A stretch of 44,352 nucleotides of DNA, from assembly GCF_006345805.1 (NCBI RefSeq), contig NW_021835135.1, forward strand, positions 1 to 44,352. Direction: 5' to 3'. Below the pieces are notes generated by a model. It did not search any database. It had not been told where the DNA came from and was given only the letters and a program-made list of their open reading frames with translations. Positions 12,001 to 22,949 of the stretch are shown piece by piece. The position numbers were made by a program, and so were the translations under genes. Source of the stretch: Octopus sinensis (taxonomy: Eukaryota). Every line of letters begins with the position of its first letter. Within the stretch, counting starts at the first letter, position 1.

Positions 12001-15000
12001 ATTCCGTCGAGGTCGACTTTGCTTTTCATCCTTTCAGGGTTGATGAAATAAGGCGGTGAGCTGGCAGAAACGTTAGCACGCCGGGCAAAATGCTTAGCGG
12101 TATTTTGTCTGCCGCTACGTTCTATGTTCTAATTCCGTCGAGGTCGACTTTGCTTTTATCCTTTAAGGGTTGATGAAATAAGGCGGCGAGCTGGCAGAAA
12201 CGTTAGGCACGCCGGGCGAAATGCTTAGCGGTATTTTGTCTGCCGCTACGTTCTAAGTTCTAATTCCGTCGTCGAGGTCGACTTTGCTTTTCATTCATCC
12301 TTTCAGGGTTGATGAATAAGGCGGCGAGCTGGCAGAAACTTAGCACGCTGGGCAAAATGCTTAGCGGTATTTTGTCTGCCGCTACGTTCTAAGTTCTAAT
12401 TCCGTCGAGGTCGACTTTGCTTTTCATCCTTTAAGGGTTGATGAAATAAGGCGGCGAGCTGGCAGAAACGTTAGCACGCCGGGAAAAATGCTTAGCAGTA
12501 TTTTGTCTGCCGCTACGTTCTAAGTTCTAATTCCGTCGAGGTCGACTTTGCTTTTCATCCTTTCAGGATTGATGAAATAAGGCGGCGAGCTGGCAGAAAC
12601 GTTAGCAGGCCGGGCGAAATGCTTAGCGGTATTTTGTCTGCCGCTACGTTCTAAGTTCTAATTCCGTCGAGGTCGACTTTGCTTTTCATCCTTTCAGGGT
12701 TGATGAAATAAGGCGGCGAGCTGGCAGAAACGTTAGCACGCCGGGCGCGAAATGCTTAGCGGTATTTTGTCTGCCGCTACGTTCTAAGTTCTAATTCCGT
12801 CGAGGTCGACTTTGCTTTTCATCCTTCAGGGTTGATGAAATAAGGCGGCGAGCTGGCAGAAACGTTAGCACGCCGGGCGAAATGCTTAGCGGTATTTTGT
12901 CTGCCGCTACGTTCTAAGTTCTAATTCCGTCGAGTCGTCGACTTTGCTTTTCATCCTTTCAGGGTTGATGAAATAAGGCGGCGAGCTGGCAGAAACGTTA
13001 GCGCGCCGGGCAAAATGCTTAGCGGTATTTTGTCTGCCGCTACGTTCTAAGTTCTAATTCCGTCGAGGTCGACTTGCTTTTCATCCTTTCAGGGTGATGA
13101 TGAATAGGCGGCGAGCTGGCGCAGAAACGTTAGCACGCCGGGAAAAATGCTTAGCGGTATTTTGTCTGCCGCTACGTTCTAAGTTCTAATTCCGTCGAGG
13201 TCGACTTTGCTTTTCATCCTTTCAGGGTTGATGAAATAAGGCGGTGAGCTGGCAGAAGAAACGTTAGCACGCCGGGCAAAATGCTTAGCGGTATTTTGTC
13301 TGCCGCTACGTTCTATGTTCTAATTCCGTCGAGGTCGATTTTGCTTTTAATCCATTCAGGATTGATGAAATAAGCGGCGAGCTGGCAGAAACGTTAGCAC
13401 GACGGGCGAAATGCTTAGCGGTATTTTGTCTGCCGCTACCTTCTAAGTTCTAATTCCGTCGAGGTCGACTTTGCTTTTCATCCTTTAAGGGTTGATGAAA
13501 TAAGGCGGCGAGCTGGCAGAAACGTTAGCACGCCGGGCGAAATGCTTAGCGGTATTTTGTCTGCCGCTACGTTCTAAGTTCTAATTCCGTCGAGGTCGAC
13601 TTTGCTTTTCATCCTTTCAGGGTTGATGAAATAAGGCGGCGAGCTGGCAGAAACTTTAGCACGCCTGGCAAAAATGCTTAGCGGTATTTTTTCTGCCGCT
13701 ACGTTCTAAGTTCTAATTCCGTCGAGGTCGACTTTGCTTTTCATCCTTTAAGGGTTGATGAAATAAGGCGGCGAGCTGGCAGAAACGTTAGCACGCCGGG
13801 CGAAATGCTTAGCGGTATTTTGTCTGCCGCTACGTTCCAAGTTCTAATTCCGTCGAGGTCGACTTTGCTTTTCATCCTTTAAGGGTTGATGAAATAAGGC
13901 GGCGAGCTGGCAGAAACGTTAGCACGCCGGGCGAAATGCTTAGCGGTATTTTGTCTGCCGCTAGGTTCTAAGTTCTAATTCCGTCGAGGTCGACTTTGCT
14001 TTTCATCCTTTCAGGGTTGATGAAATAAGGCGGCGAGCTGGCAGAAACTTTTGCACGCCGGGCAAAATGCTTAGCGGTATTTTGTCTGCCGCTACGTTCT
14101 AAGTTCTAATTCCGTCGAGGTCGACTTTGCTTTTCATCCTTTAAGGGTTGATGAAATAAGGCGGCGAGCTGGCAGAAACGTTAGCACGCCGGGCGAAATG
14201 CTTAGCGGTATTTTGTCTGCCGCTACGTTCTAAGTTCTAATTCCGTCGAGGTCGACTTTGCTTTTCATCCTTTCAGGGTTGATGAAATAAGGCGGCGAGC
14301 TGGCAGAAACGTTAGCACGCCGGGCGAAATGCTTAGCGGTATTTTGTCTGCCGCTACGTTCTAAGTTCTAATTCCGTCGAGGTCGACTTTGCTTTTCATC
14401 CTTTCAGGGTTGATGAAATAAGGCGGCGAGCTGGCAGAAACGTTAGCACGCCGGGCGAAATGCTTAGCGGTATTTTGTCTGCCGCTACGTTCTAAGTTCT
14501 AATTCCGTCGAGGTCGACTTTGCTTTTCATCGTTTCAGGATTGATGAAATAAGGCGGCGAGCTGGCAGAAACGTTAGCACGCCGGGAAAAATGCTTAGCG
14601 GTATTTTGTCTGCCGCTACGTTCTAGTTCTAATTCCGTCGAGGTCGACTTTGCTTTTCATCCTTTAAGGTTGATGAAATAAGGCGGCGAGCTGGCAGAAA
14701 CGTTAGCACGCCGGGCAAAATGCTTAGCGGTATTTTGTCTGCCGCTACGTTCTAAGTTCTAATTCCGTCGAGGTCGACTTTGCTTTTCATCCTTTCAGGG
14801 TTGATGAAATAAGGCGGCGAGCTGGCAGAAACGTTAGCACGCCGGGAAAAATGCTTAGCGGTATTTTGTCTGCCGCTACGTTCTAAGTTCTAATTCCGTC
14901 GAGGTCGACTTTGCTTTTCATCCTTTCAGGGTTGATGAAATAAGGCGGCGAGCTGGCAGAAACGTTAGCACGCCGGGCAAAATGCTTAGCGGTATTTTGT

Positions 15001-15070
15001 CTGCCGCTACGTTCTAAGTTCTAATTCCGTCGAGGTCGACTTTGCTTTTCATCCTTTCGGGGTCGATAAA
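1..15070 (+). repeat. Satellite array of a 131-bp unit derived from a SINE 5' head (~115 copies; runs off the window start)
   Basis: Unit taaggcggcgagctggcagaaacgttagcacgccgggc(a/g)aaatgcttagcggtattttgtctgccgctacgttctaagttctaattccgtcgaggtcgactttgcttttcatccttt(c/a)agggttgatgaaa. Period 131 (e.g. starts at 13501 and 13632). Matches the first ~130 bp of dispersed SINE copies at 34145 (+) and 36332 (-). Confidence 0.98.
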
Positions 15071-15140
15071 ATAAGTACCAGTTACGGACTGGGGTCAATA
15101 TAATCGACTTAATCTGTTTGTCTGTCCTTGTTTGTCCTCA
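14941..15140 (+). mobile_element. tRNA-derived SINE forming the last unit of the satellite
   Basis: The last unit continues into the normal SINE body (ggggtcgataaaataagtaccagttacggactggggtc...tttgtctgtccttgtttgtcc), as in the copy at 34145-34380. Confidence 0.93.
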
Positions 15141-15457
15141 ATGCTATGAAATTTCATGTTTCCAATGTTGCCAATGGGAGACATGAGTTTAGTGTCATTT
15201 GTTTAGAAGATCTGTATTCTTTCACATTTTCTATCTCTGTGCCTGCAATTAAACAACATTAAATTTAACATAACCGAGTGTGTATCGTACTTAGCACAGA
15301 GACACCGTTCACAGACAAGAAACTGCCTTTTTCCTACCAAGATAAAACATCTTATAGATGTGTTCAATTAAAGAACACAATATATATGTAGTTACTGAAT
15401 TTGATGAATATATAAACAGAATGGCTGCATGTATTTCTGGAATCGGTCAAAAAAAGA

Positions 15458-15500
15458 CACTTCTGATGAGAACACGATTGGGTTCGAAAATTGTTTAAGA
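15458..15500 (+). ncRNA. Putative minimal type-I hammerhead ribozyme (C3-G8), degenerate
   Basis: ctt-CTGATGA(15463)-gaac acgattgg gttc-GAAA-a ttg t-TT-aag: perfect 4-bp stem II, 3-bp stem I, very short stem III. Confidence 0.5.
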
Positions 15501-15579
15501 CAGTTCATTTTCTCATTTTAAGGAGAATTATCTAAATTTGCACTGTTTATATAACTACCATATAACTACCGTATAGGTT

Positions 15580-15744
15580 ACATGCATACACACGCACACA
15601 CACTTACATACATATATAAACACACACACACACACACACACACATTCATACATACATACATACATACATACATACATGCATACATACATAAATACATACA
15701 TACATACATACATGCATACATGCATACATACATACATACATACA

Positions 15745-15778
<34 letters not shown>

Positions 15779-15915
15779 CATACATACATACATACATACA
15801 TAAATACATACATACATACATACATACATACATACATGCATACATGCATGCATACATACATACATACATACATACATACATACATACATACATACATACA
15901 TACATACATACATAA
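15580..15915. repeat. (CA)n/(ATAC)n microsatellite
   Basis: Direct inspection. Confidence 0.97.
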
Positions 15916-16470
15916 ATGATGGCTGCCCCCTCGTTATCGAGTATGGCCATTGCGCGAAGCTTAATCAATGTCGTTATCGTGCAATGCCTGTGCAAGAAGA
16001 CTTTTTTTAAGTGAGGAAAGGCTGTGCACTGAGTCAATCCTACTCACTAAGCAACAGCAGCCATAATCCGAAAAGAAAACAAGTCAACATCATCGGTAAC
16101 CACTGAGCCGCAGGTTTTATGTCGGAGTTATCCCAGTTACCTGAGTTACCATCTCCTAGAAGGATGCCCTGACAAAGGCCAGGAGTCCTTCACTCTCAAT
16201 GGTTTAACCGCGCGATCGGGTATTCAGTCCGATTATTTCTGTCTCCGCGCATGATACAGCCTTAAGACATTTATTGGATGGCCGTTGACTCTCAAGAGTT
16301 CCTCCGCCCTTTGACGGGTTTTGTTTTTCATCCCGCATGGTGTCCAATAAACACCCTCCTCTCCAAGCAAACTTGGTGGGGTTGCCGGTATAGTCGCCGA
16401 CGACCCGACCATGCAACAGGTTGTACTGGGTTACATGTTACCAGTAGCACTCGAAAGTGACCTGACATGA
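15916..16470 (-). mobile_element. Short non-autonomous retroelement (RTE-5'UTR-like) inserted in (ATAC)n
   Basis: ~550 bp of complex sequence flanked on both sides by (ATAC)n. The minus strand contains gggcatccttctaggagatggtaactc...aaacc, resembling RTE-clade 5' leaders (from recall). No meaningful ORF. Confidence 0.5.
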
Positions 16471-16572
16471 ACATACATACATACATATATACATACATAC
16501 ATACATACATACATACATACATACATACATACATACATACATACAAACATACATACATACATACATGCATGC
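16471..16572. repeat. (ATAC)n microsatellite
   Basis: Direct inspection. Confidence 0.97.
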
Positions 16573-16724
16573 ATCATGACCAACTTCGTGCAAGGATGAA
16601 GGAACGCTGGCTAGAAACTGCTCCTCTAAAGGAAACCTTACCTGCGATAGTGGTATTGTGACCACTTTTTTTTACTGAACGTTATTCACGACGAGAGAAT
16701 CCGTCATATATATATATAAATAGT

Positions 16725-16726
<2 letters not shown>

Positions 16727-16766
<40 letters not shown>

Positions 16767-16771
16767 TGTGT

Positions 16772-16811
<40 letters not shown>

Positions 16812-16890
16812 TGTGTGTGTGTGTGTGTGTCTGTGTGTCTGTGTGTCTGTGTGTCTGTGTGTCTGTGTGTGTGTGGTGTGAGTGTGTGTG
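16727..16890. repeat. (GT)n microsatellite
   Basis: Direct inspection. Confidence 0.97.
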
Positions 16891-16892
16891 AA

Positions 16893-17679
16893 CAGGGTGT
16901 TTTACAAAATTTTATATCATATTCTCGTTAAAACGACTTCAAATTTTACCAGAATGTGTAGAAACAGGTCAAAATTTTATGTTTAATGCTTGATATGTCT
17001 ATCTTTTCAGGTACAGAAATGGCATTGACTTGAAGAGAAAATACGTTTTCTGTGTTGGAGTATGCTCGAACACAATTGAACAAAACTGTGCAGCGTGCAT
17101 TTGTGAGAGAGTTCCCTAAAAAGTCACCAACGGCAATGCAGATTTGGACATGGCACAAAAAAATTCAAAGAGGAAGGCTGTCTGTGCAGAGCAAAAGTAT
17201 CTGGGGACCAGTAACAACGGAAGAGACGGTCGAGCGGGTTCGCCAAAGACTCTTGCGAAGCCCCAAGAAGTTCATAAAAAGAACAAGTTTGGAAACCCAT
17301 ATTCCTCCAGTTTGGCACGTCCGGATGAAATGTGCTGTTGAAATGGCCGTCACGTTCACTTGATCTGACACCTTGCAATTTTTTCTCTAGGGCTCCTGCA
17401 AACCTTGAGGAGCTCACGCAGAGAATCACTACCGCCCAAGACATGCTGCAGCGTGTTTGGGAGGAGATGGACAACCGTTTTGACGTGTGCCGTGACTCAG
17501 GCGGAGCGCATATTGAACATTTCTGAAGTCGTTCATGGAATCCACATACCTTTGAATTTCTCATTCAAATTTGGAGGAATTAATCTCACGTTGCCCAACA
17601 TTAATCCTGTTTACTTTCATTTGCTTTGTAGTTTCTGTGATATTTACATCTCAAATGATATCAAATTTTTTGAAACACC

Positions 17680-17682
<3 letters not shown>
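16893..17682 (+). mobile_element. Internally deleted Tc1/mariner-superfamily transposon (DUF4817-type HTH transposase pseudogene)
   Basis: TIRs cagggtgttttacaaaattttatatcat / atgatatcaaattttttgaaacaccctg followed by TA. Fragments LEYARTQLNKTVQRAFVREFPKKSPTAMQIWTWHKK, WPSRSLDLTPCNFF (WPxxSPDL motif) and GGAHIEH; frameshifted. Confidence 0.9.
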
Positions 17683-17741
<59 letters not shown>

Positions 17742-17992
17742 TTGGTGTATGCAGTTGAACTAGCATTAAATTTTAACCTCTATGTATGTATCATACATAA
17801 CGTATATACACAGTTGACAAGCAAAATATTGCGGTTTTCGTCCTAGTTAAGAATCTGTTATGCACATCTTGTGTTAACAACACAATCTGTATTGGAGAGA
17901 GGCGAATTGTTCTGGCAGCGACTAGCGAGGACGCCAGATGGATCTTGACATCTTGGAGTATGTCTACCTCCCCAATATAAGGGAAGTCACAG

Positions 17993-18614
17993 AAGAATGC
18001 ATGGACAATTTCATAGGGATGTTGAAGATAAGGCCTCCCCAATATAACGGAAGTCACAGATTTCGTCTGTGTATCTGGTTACAAGTACACACTATTGACA
18101 AGGCCTCGGAAGGTTGAATGCATTCGGAGTTTCTTACTCGCCGCTACCGGGACACCTTTTCTTCTTATTCCTATATACACTGTATTTTAAACACTTATTT
18201 CAAATATGTTCAAATATTGTAGAAAGTGTTAAAACAGTTATCAATGTATCATACTTAACGTATGCACACTATTTAAAGTTAAGATACTGTGTTTTTTGTC
18301 CGAGATAATTCTTATTGACGTGCTGTGTTTAACCCATTGACTCCCAAGCCCGTTTTGCGCTATCTTAATAATAAGTCGTGAGAAGTCACCAATGACTGCT
18401 ATGGTAAGCAAAATTTTTAAATTACAGTGTATATAGGAATGAGAAGAAAAGGTGTCCCGGTAGCGGCGAGTAAGAAACTCCGAATGCAGCCAACCTTCCG
18501 AGGCCTTGTCAATAGTGTGTACTTGTAACCACATACACAGACGAAATCTGTGACTTCCGTTATATTGGGGAGGTCTTATCTTCAACATCCCTATGAAATT
18601 GTCCATGCATTCTT
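17993..18614. repeat. ~200-bp inverted repeat (17993-18191 / 18416-18614) with 224-bp spacer
   Basis: aagaatgcatggacaatttc...tatacactgtattttaaa is the near-identical reverse complement of tttaaattacagtgtata...gaaattgtccatgcattctt. Confidence 0.93.
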
Positions 18615-19135
18615 TTCTTTCTCCACTTATTTTTAGTTTCATTCATTTTCAAATGCTTGTACAGTGCTTTAACTTTGCAATCTTCCATCTTACATAAGCC
18701 TGACCTTCTTACTTCCAATAATAGCGGTTCTGTGGATTTTTTTACAAACCATGCTCTAATGATGAGTTTGCATCCAATTAGTCCTCTTTCCCTTCTTTTT
18801 CTTGGTACATACAGTCTGTCTGTGTCACTTTTTGAGTGGAGTATCTCATATCTAGTCAGCAACTTCCTTGTCTTTTTATCTAAACTGTTTAGTTCGCCTG
18901 CTGCCCATACGATTAACCCTGCCCCATATCTAACGCGTGAAACCGCCCAGGAGTTAATAGCTTCCATCTTATTCCGTCTGTTTAATTTCGACTTAAGGAT
19001 CAGTGTCAGTCTGCGCAAGTACTCCACCTTAAATTTTTCTGTCATTTCTTTCTCCATCAATTTATCCATTTCCAATATCCCCAAGTTCTTATAGCCCGTC
19101 TCTTCTATTTGCTTCGTGACCTCCCCCGGCGGTAC
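18575..19135 (-). pseudogene. R4/Dong-like (RLE) non-LTR retrotransposon fragment, post-RT region
   Basis: ORF 18560-19084: KLNRRNKMEAINSWAVSRVRYGAG, HSKSDTDRLYVPRKRRERGL (HPKxDxDRLYxPRxxGGRGL motif), WRKKRMHGQFHR. Confidence 0.85.
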
Positions 19136-19137
19136 TC

Positions 19138-19430
19138 CATCCAGATTACAAGTTTATACCTGTAATTATTGGATATCTGGGATATGTAACACACTGTCTA
19201 AATACCAATCTTGAGAAATTAGGCTTCTCAGAAAGGAGAAGGCTAATTCGAAGTCTAAAGATCTAGTCCATCACTGGAACTATTAAAATTTGTAAAACTT
19301 TCCAGAAGTTTATAATTCAAATATATATGAGCATATCTAGATATGCAACTATATGCATGAGAAAACATAAAACAAAACATAACGAGATAAATCTATTATA
19401 AACACTAAGTCCTACGTATTAAGTTTAAAG
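19138..19430 (+). pseudogene. 3' end of an RLE-type (R4/Dong-like) LINE
   Basis: Translates to PDYKFIPVIIGYLGYVTHCLNTNLEKLGFSERRRLIRSLKI*SITGTIKICKTF (PIxIGAxG C-terminal motif), followed by an AT-rich 3' UTR. Confidence 0.65.
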
Positions 19431-19887
19431 ATTTAGTTAACAGAATATATTCAATAAGATATTTCATGTTTTTATTTTAAGATATATTGTTAAATTTTGT
19501 TCGATTTTTTATTGAAAAATTACGTATTTTTATATATATTTATATTTTCTTATAAGATAATATATGTACATTTATTTTTTTTTTTTTCTTAGATCTGATA
19601 AGTGACTATGTTTAAATAGAATTGATTTTATTGTTATCAATTTGAAAATATAGCCACGAAGCACGTGTAATTAAATACTATATATTTATTATTTCGTACT
19701 TTATTTCGATCTAGCTAAATATTTTATCGTATCTTTAATTTTTTCTATATGTTATGATTTAAGTATATCATTGTTGAATTGCTACATGGTGGTTCTTCTC
19801 TAATTTGTATACATGTATTATATATTGTGAAATTTGATTTAGTATTACTAAATTGAATTTTCCCCCGTTTGAAATCATATTCCCTAA

Positions 19888-19902
19888 TATATATATATAT
19901 AT

Positions 19903-19954
<52 letters not shown>

Positions 19955-20207
19955 ACACAATATATTATATAGATTATATATACACATATATATATATATA
20001 CACATATATATATATATACACACATATATATATACATATACATACATATATTATAATATATATATATATATAATATATATAATAATATATACATACATAT
20101 ATATTATATATACATACACATATATATATATATATATACATACATATATATATATATACATATATAATATATATAATATATATACATACATATATATATA
20201 TATATAC
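19888..20207. repeat. (TA)n-rich microsatellite
   Basis: Direct inspection. Confidence 0.95.
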
Positions 20208-20211
20208 ACTA

Positions 20212-20325
20212 TCCCACAAAAAATAGTAGACGCTGTTAATAAAATGCTGCAGGATTTGCGCAATTCCACATGTTTGATGTGAGGTGTGACAGTAGTACTT
20301 ACAGGTGATTTCAGACAATCATTTT
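20212..20325 (+). pseudogene. Helitron PIF1-like helicase fragment
   Basis: [32 protein letters not shown] matches PIF1 motif III context (LQDLR...GGxxVxLxGDFRQ). Confidence 0.8.
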
Positions 20326-20834
20326 CATAAATTTTTTTCAAAACATCCATGTTTGTTTTCAGACGTTTAATTAATTCTTATTTCATACATTCTGAGTAAC
20401 ACGATTCTTTCATATGTCCCAATCTGGAGGTTGAAAAAATGGGAATTTATATCATATATAATGCAAGTGCACCAAGGAAATATGTCCTGTGTATCATATG
20501 TGATGTACAGGACAGACAAAAGATAAGATTAAGGGCCAATATGCTGTAGACACGTGAAAGACAGTGCCTCATGTATCAGAAACATGAAGATAAGTGTAAT
20601 GCATGAGTTGTGATGGCTGCGTAATAGGCTTCTATTAGAGGTGGGAGATCATTGGTTGGGAGATTATTGGTTAAGGAAGCATAAGGAAGACTGTAGTGAT
20701 CAGAGAACTGGAGAGAAAGGTAGACAATGTTTCATTTTGGATGTAACAAAAAAATCTGAAATTTAAAAAAAATCTTTAACAAATTTGAAAACAAAATAGT
20801 TGTTGGCTCGTTGATTGTTGCATTTAAATGACAG

Positions 20835-21078
20835 TGTGTCCACGGAAACGCGTACCTTTAACATAGTTCTAAGGGAGATTCAGCGTGACACAGAGTTTAA
20901 CAAGGTCGGCATTTTGAAATACAGGTTGGCAAAATTGAGTCATTTTTGCCAGCCGAGTGGACTGGAGCAACGTGAAATAAAGTGTCTTGCTCAAGTACAC
21001 AACGAGACATCGAGAATCGAAATCACGACCTTACAATCATGAGCTGAATACTTGAGCCACTAAAGTACGCGCGTTCAC
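20835..21078 (-). mobile_element. tRNA-derived SINE
   Basis: Minus-strand head with A/B-box-like sequence, then ttgagcaagacactttatttcacgttgctccagtccactc, shared with copies at 28345 and 37115. Confidence 0.85.
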
Positions 21079-21181
21079 CAAATATAGCAATAAATATTGT
21101 TGGTCGATATTAAGAGCTCTTGGATAGAATGCCTTCGACAGCTCTCGACAACACAGCGCCAATTTATAACTAAAATATGCG

Positions 21182-21624
21182 GGATCTTTTCGGTTTGAAC
21201 GGCAGTTTTTAACATAATTTCTAGGTGACTAAAAAATTTTAAACTTCGTATATTGGTAGAATGTGTTTATAAAACATATTTTTCTCTTGGCTTTATTGAG
21301 AAAATTCTATAGATTGTAAGATATTTGTTGTTTTTTTCTTCAATTTCTGCAATTTCAACCAATCACCGACGTCTATTGAGTTAAAAAGCATTCTGTGTCG
21401 TATGAATATGTCCCTCGTTTAAGAAACAGATTGGGTTTATTTACATTTGTGAAGAAAAAAATATCCCTTTCCTCACCCCAAACCCTAACCTTAACCCTAA
21501 CGAACCCAATCTAACCCTAACCCCAAAAGAGATTGAAATGCAATAGATCGATACTAGGGTCATAATTATGTGAGAATTTCATATGACACCATTAGAAAAA
21601 ACTGCCGTCAAACCGAAATGATCC
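21182..21624. mobile_element. MITE/non-autonomous DNA transposon with ~29-bp TIRs and 8-bp TSD, containing (CCCTAA)-like repeats
   Basis: TIRs ggatcttttcggtttgaacggcagttttt / aaaaactgccgtcaaaccgaaatgatcc. TSD aatatgcg / aatatgtg. aaccctaaccttaaccctaa at ~21480-21522. Confidence 0.88.
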
Positions 21625-21629
21625 AATAT

Positions 21630-21683
<54 letters not shown>

Positions 21684-21964
21684 TAAAGACATAAACGGAC
21701 CCACTACAACACTAACCTGTTTGGCTTTTTTGAAGTATTTCTGGATCAAGCACAGTGTTAAAGTATAACGCTTCAGTTTCTAACACCAATGAAAATAAAA
21801 GGGCCGTAGAAAATTTCAACATGTTCCCTTTTTTTCTCTTTGTTCACTTATTCACCAATGTCTTGAGCCGTTGTTACTCATGAATGTTGCTCGCATCAAA
21901 TTCTTCTCTCGATGTCTATCGCTGATGTTAGCCGTTTTTCTTTTTTAGTTTTCATTAGCTCTAT

Positions 21965-22320
21965 CGCACTCTCACTCTCTCTCTCTCTCTCTCTTACTTT
22001 CTCTCTCTTACATATGTATGAATATATATACATATACATGATATGTATATGTGAGTGTGTATAGATGTACGGCTCGCTCTGCGTGTGTGCGTGTATCTAC
22101 ATGTGTACACATGCATATATATGCATGTATATACATATAGGTATACATGTAGATACACGCACACACACAGAGCCGTACATGTAACAACACACTCACATAC
22201 ACATATCATGTATATGTATATATATGCATACGTGCACACTTGCCACCCTTACACACTCACGCATACACACATTCACGCACACGCACACACACGCACACGC
22301 ACACATACACATACAACACA
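21965..22320. repeat. Compound (CT)n/(TA)n/(CA)n low-complexity tract
   Basis: Direct inspection. Confidence 0.9.
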
Positions 22321-22629
22321 ATAGTACTCTGCCTTGCTTTAGTTAAAAAAATATAACTCATCTTACTTACTGAGAAGAGCCGACAAGAATGAAATGAGAA
22401 GATCCATCGACTGTTTTGAATATTGCCCAGGACTCACACGGTGTTCTTTACAAACCTTTGAATTCATCGCATTGTTTCCCAATCATTTGAAGTCAATACA
22501 TAAATAGTTATATCAAATATATCATGTAAAACAAAATAAATATTACATATGCACATGTACAATGCGAAAAAAATATTGCATGTAAAACATCAGTCAGAAT
22601 GGTTGGGAATCAATTTCACTTGTGTAAAT

Positions 22630-22875
22630 ATGTGTGTGTGTTTGTCTGTTTGTCTATCTGTCTGTTTGTGTGTGTGTGTGTGTGTGTTTTTAGATATATA
22701 TATGCATATATATGGGTATATATATGTGTATCTAAAGAGACAGTCAAACAGAGATATAGAGAGAAAGAGATGTGTGTGTGTGTATGTGTGTGTTATGTGT
22801 GTGTATTGTGCGTGTGTGTGTGTATGTGTGTGTTATGTGTGTGTGTATTGTGCGTGTGTGTGTCTGTGTGTGTTT
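22630..22875. repeat. Compound (TG)n microsatellite
   Basis: Direct inspection. Confidence 0.9.
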
Positions 22876-22949
22876 CTATCTTCCTCCCTCACCGACACTA
22901 TCTATACTGCTCCTGATTACTAACTAAATATAAACGCTTTATCCAAATG

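Noticed and set aside
1-13400. Scattered 1-4 bp indels in satellite units as real variation
   Set aside because: They are mostly non-recurrent homopolymer or stutter changes, typical of unpolished long-read error. Only recurrent substitutions were used.
1-15070. CRISPR array or tandem tRNA gene cluster
   Set aside because: There are no unique spacers or cas genes and the context is eukaryotic. Units are SINE heads with an over-long A-to-B box interval and no acceptor stem.
18450-18495. HDV-like ribozyme (tcccggt...gagt/actc-CGAA-tgc)
   Set aside because: No P1, P2 or P3 pairing could be formed.
21478-21525. Telomere or chromosome-fusion scar
   Set aside because: Only a few degenerate units, and they lie inside a TIR/TSD-bounded MITE.
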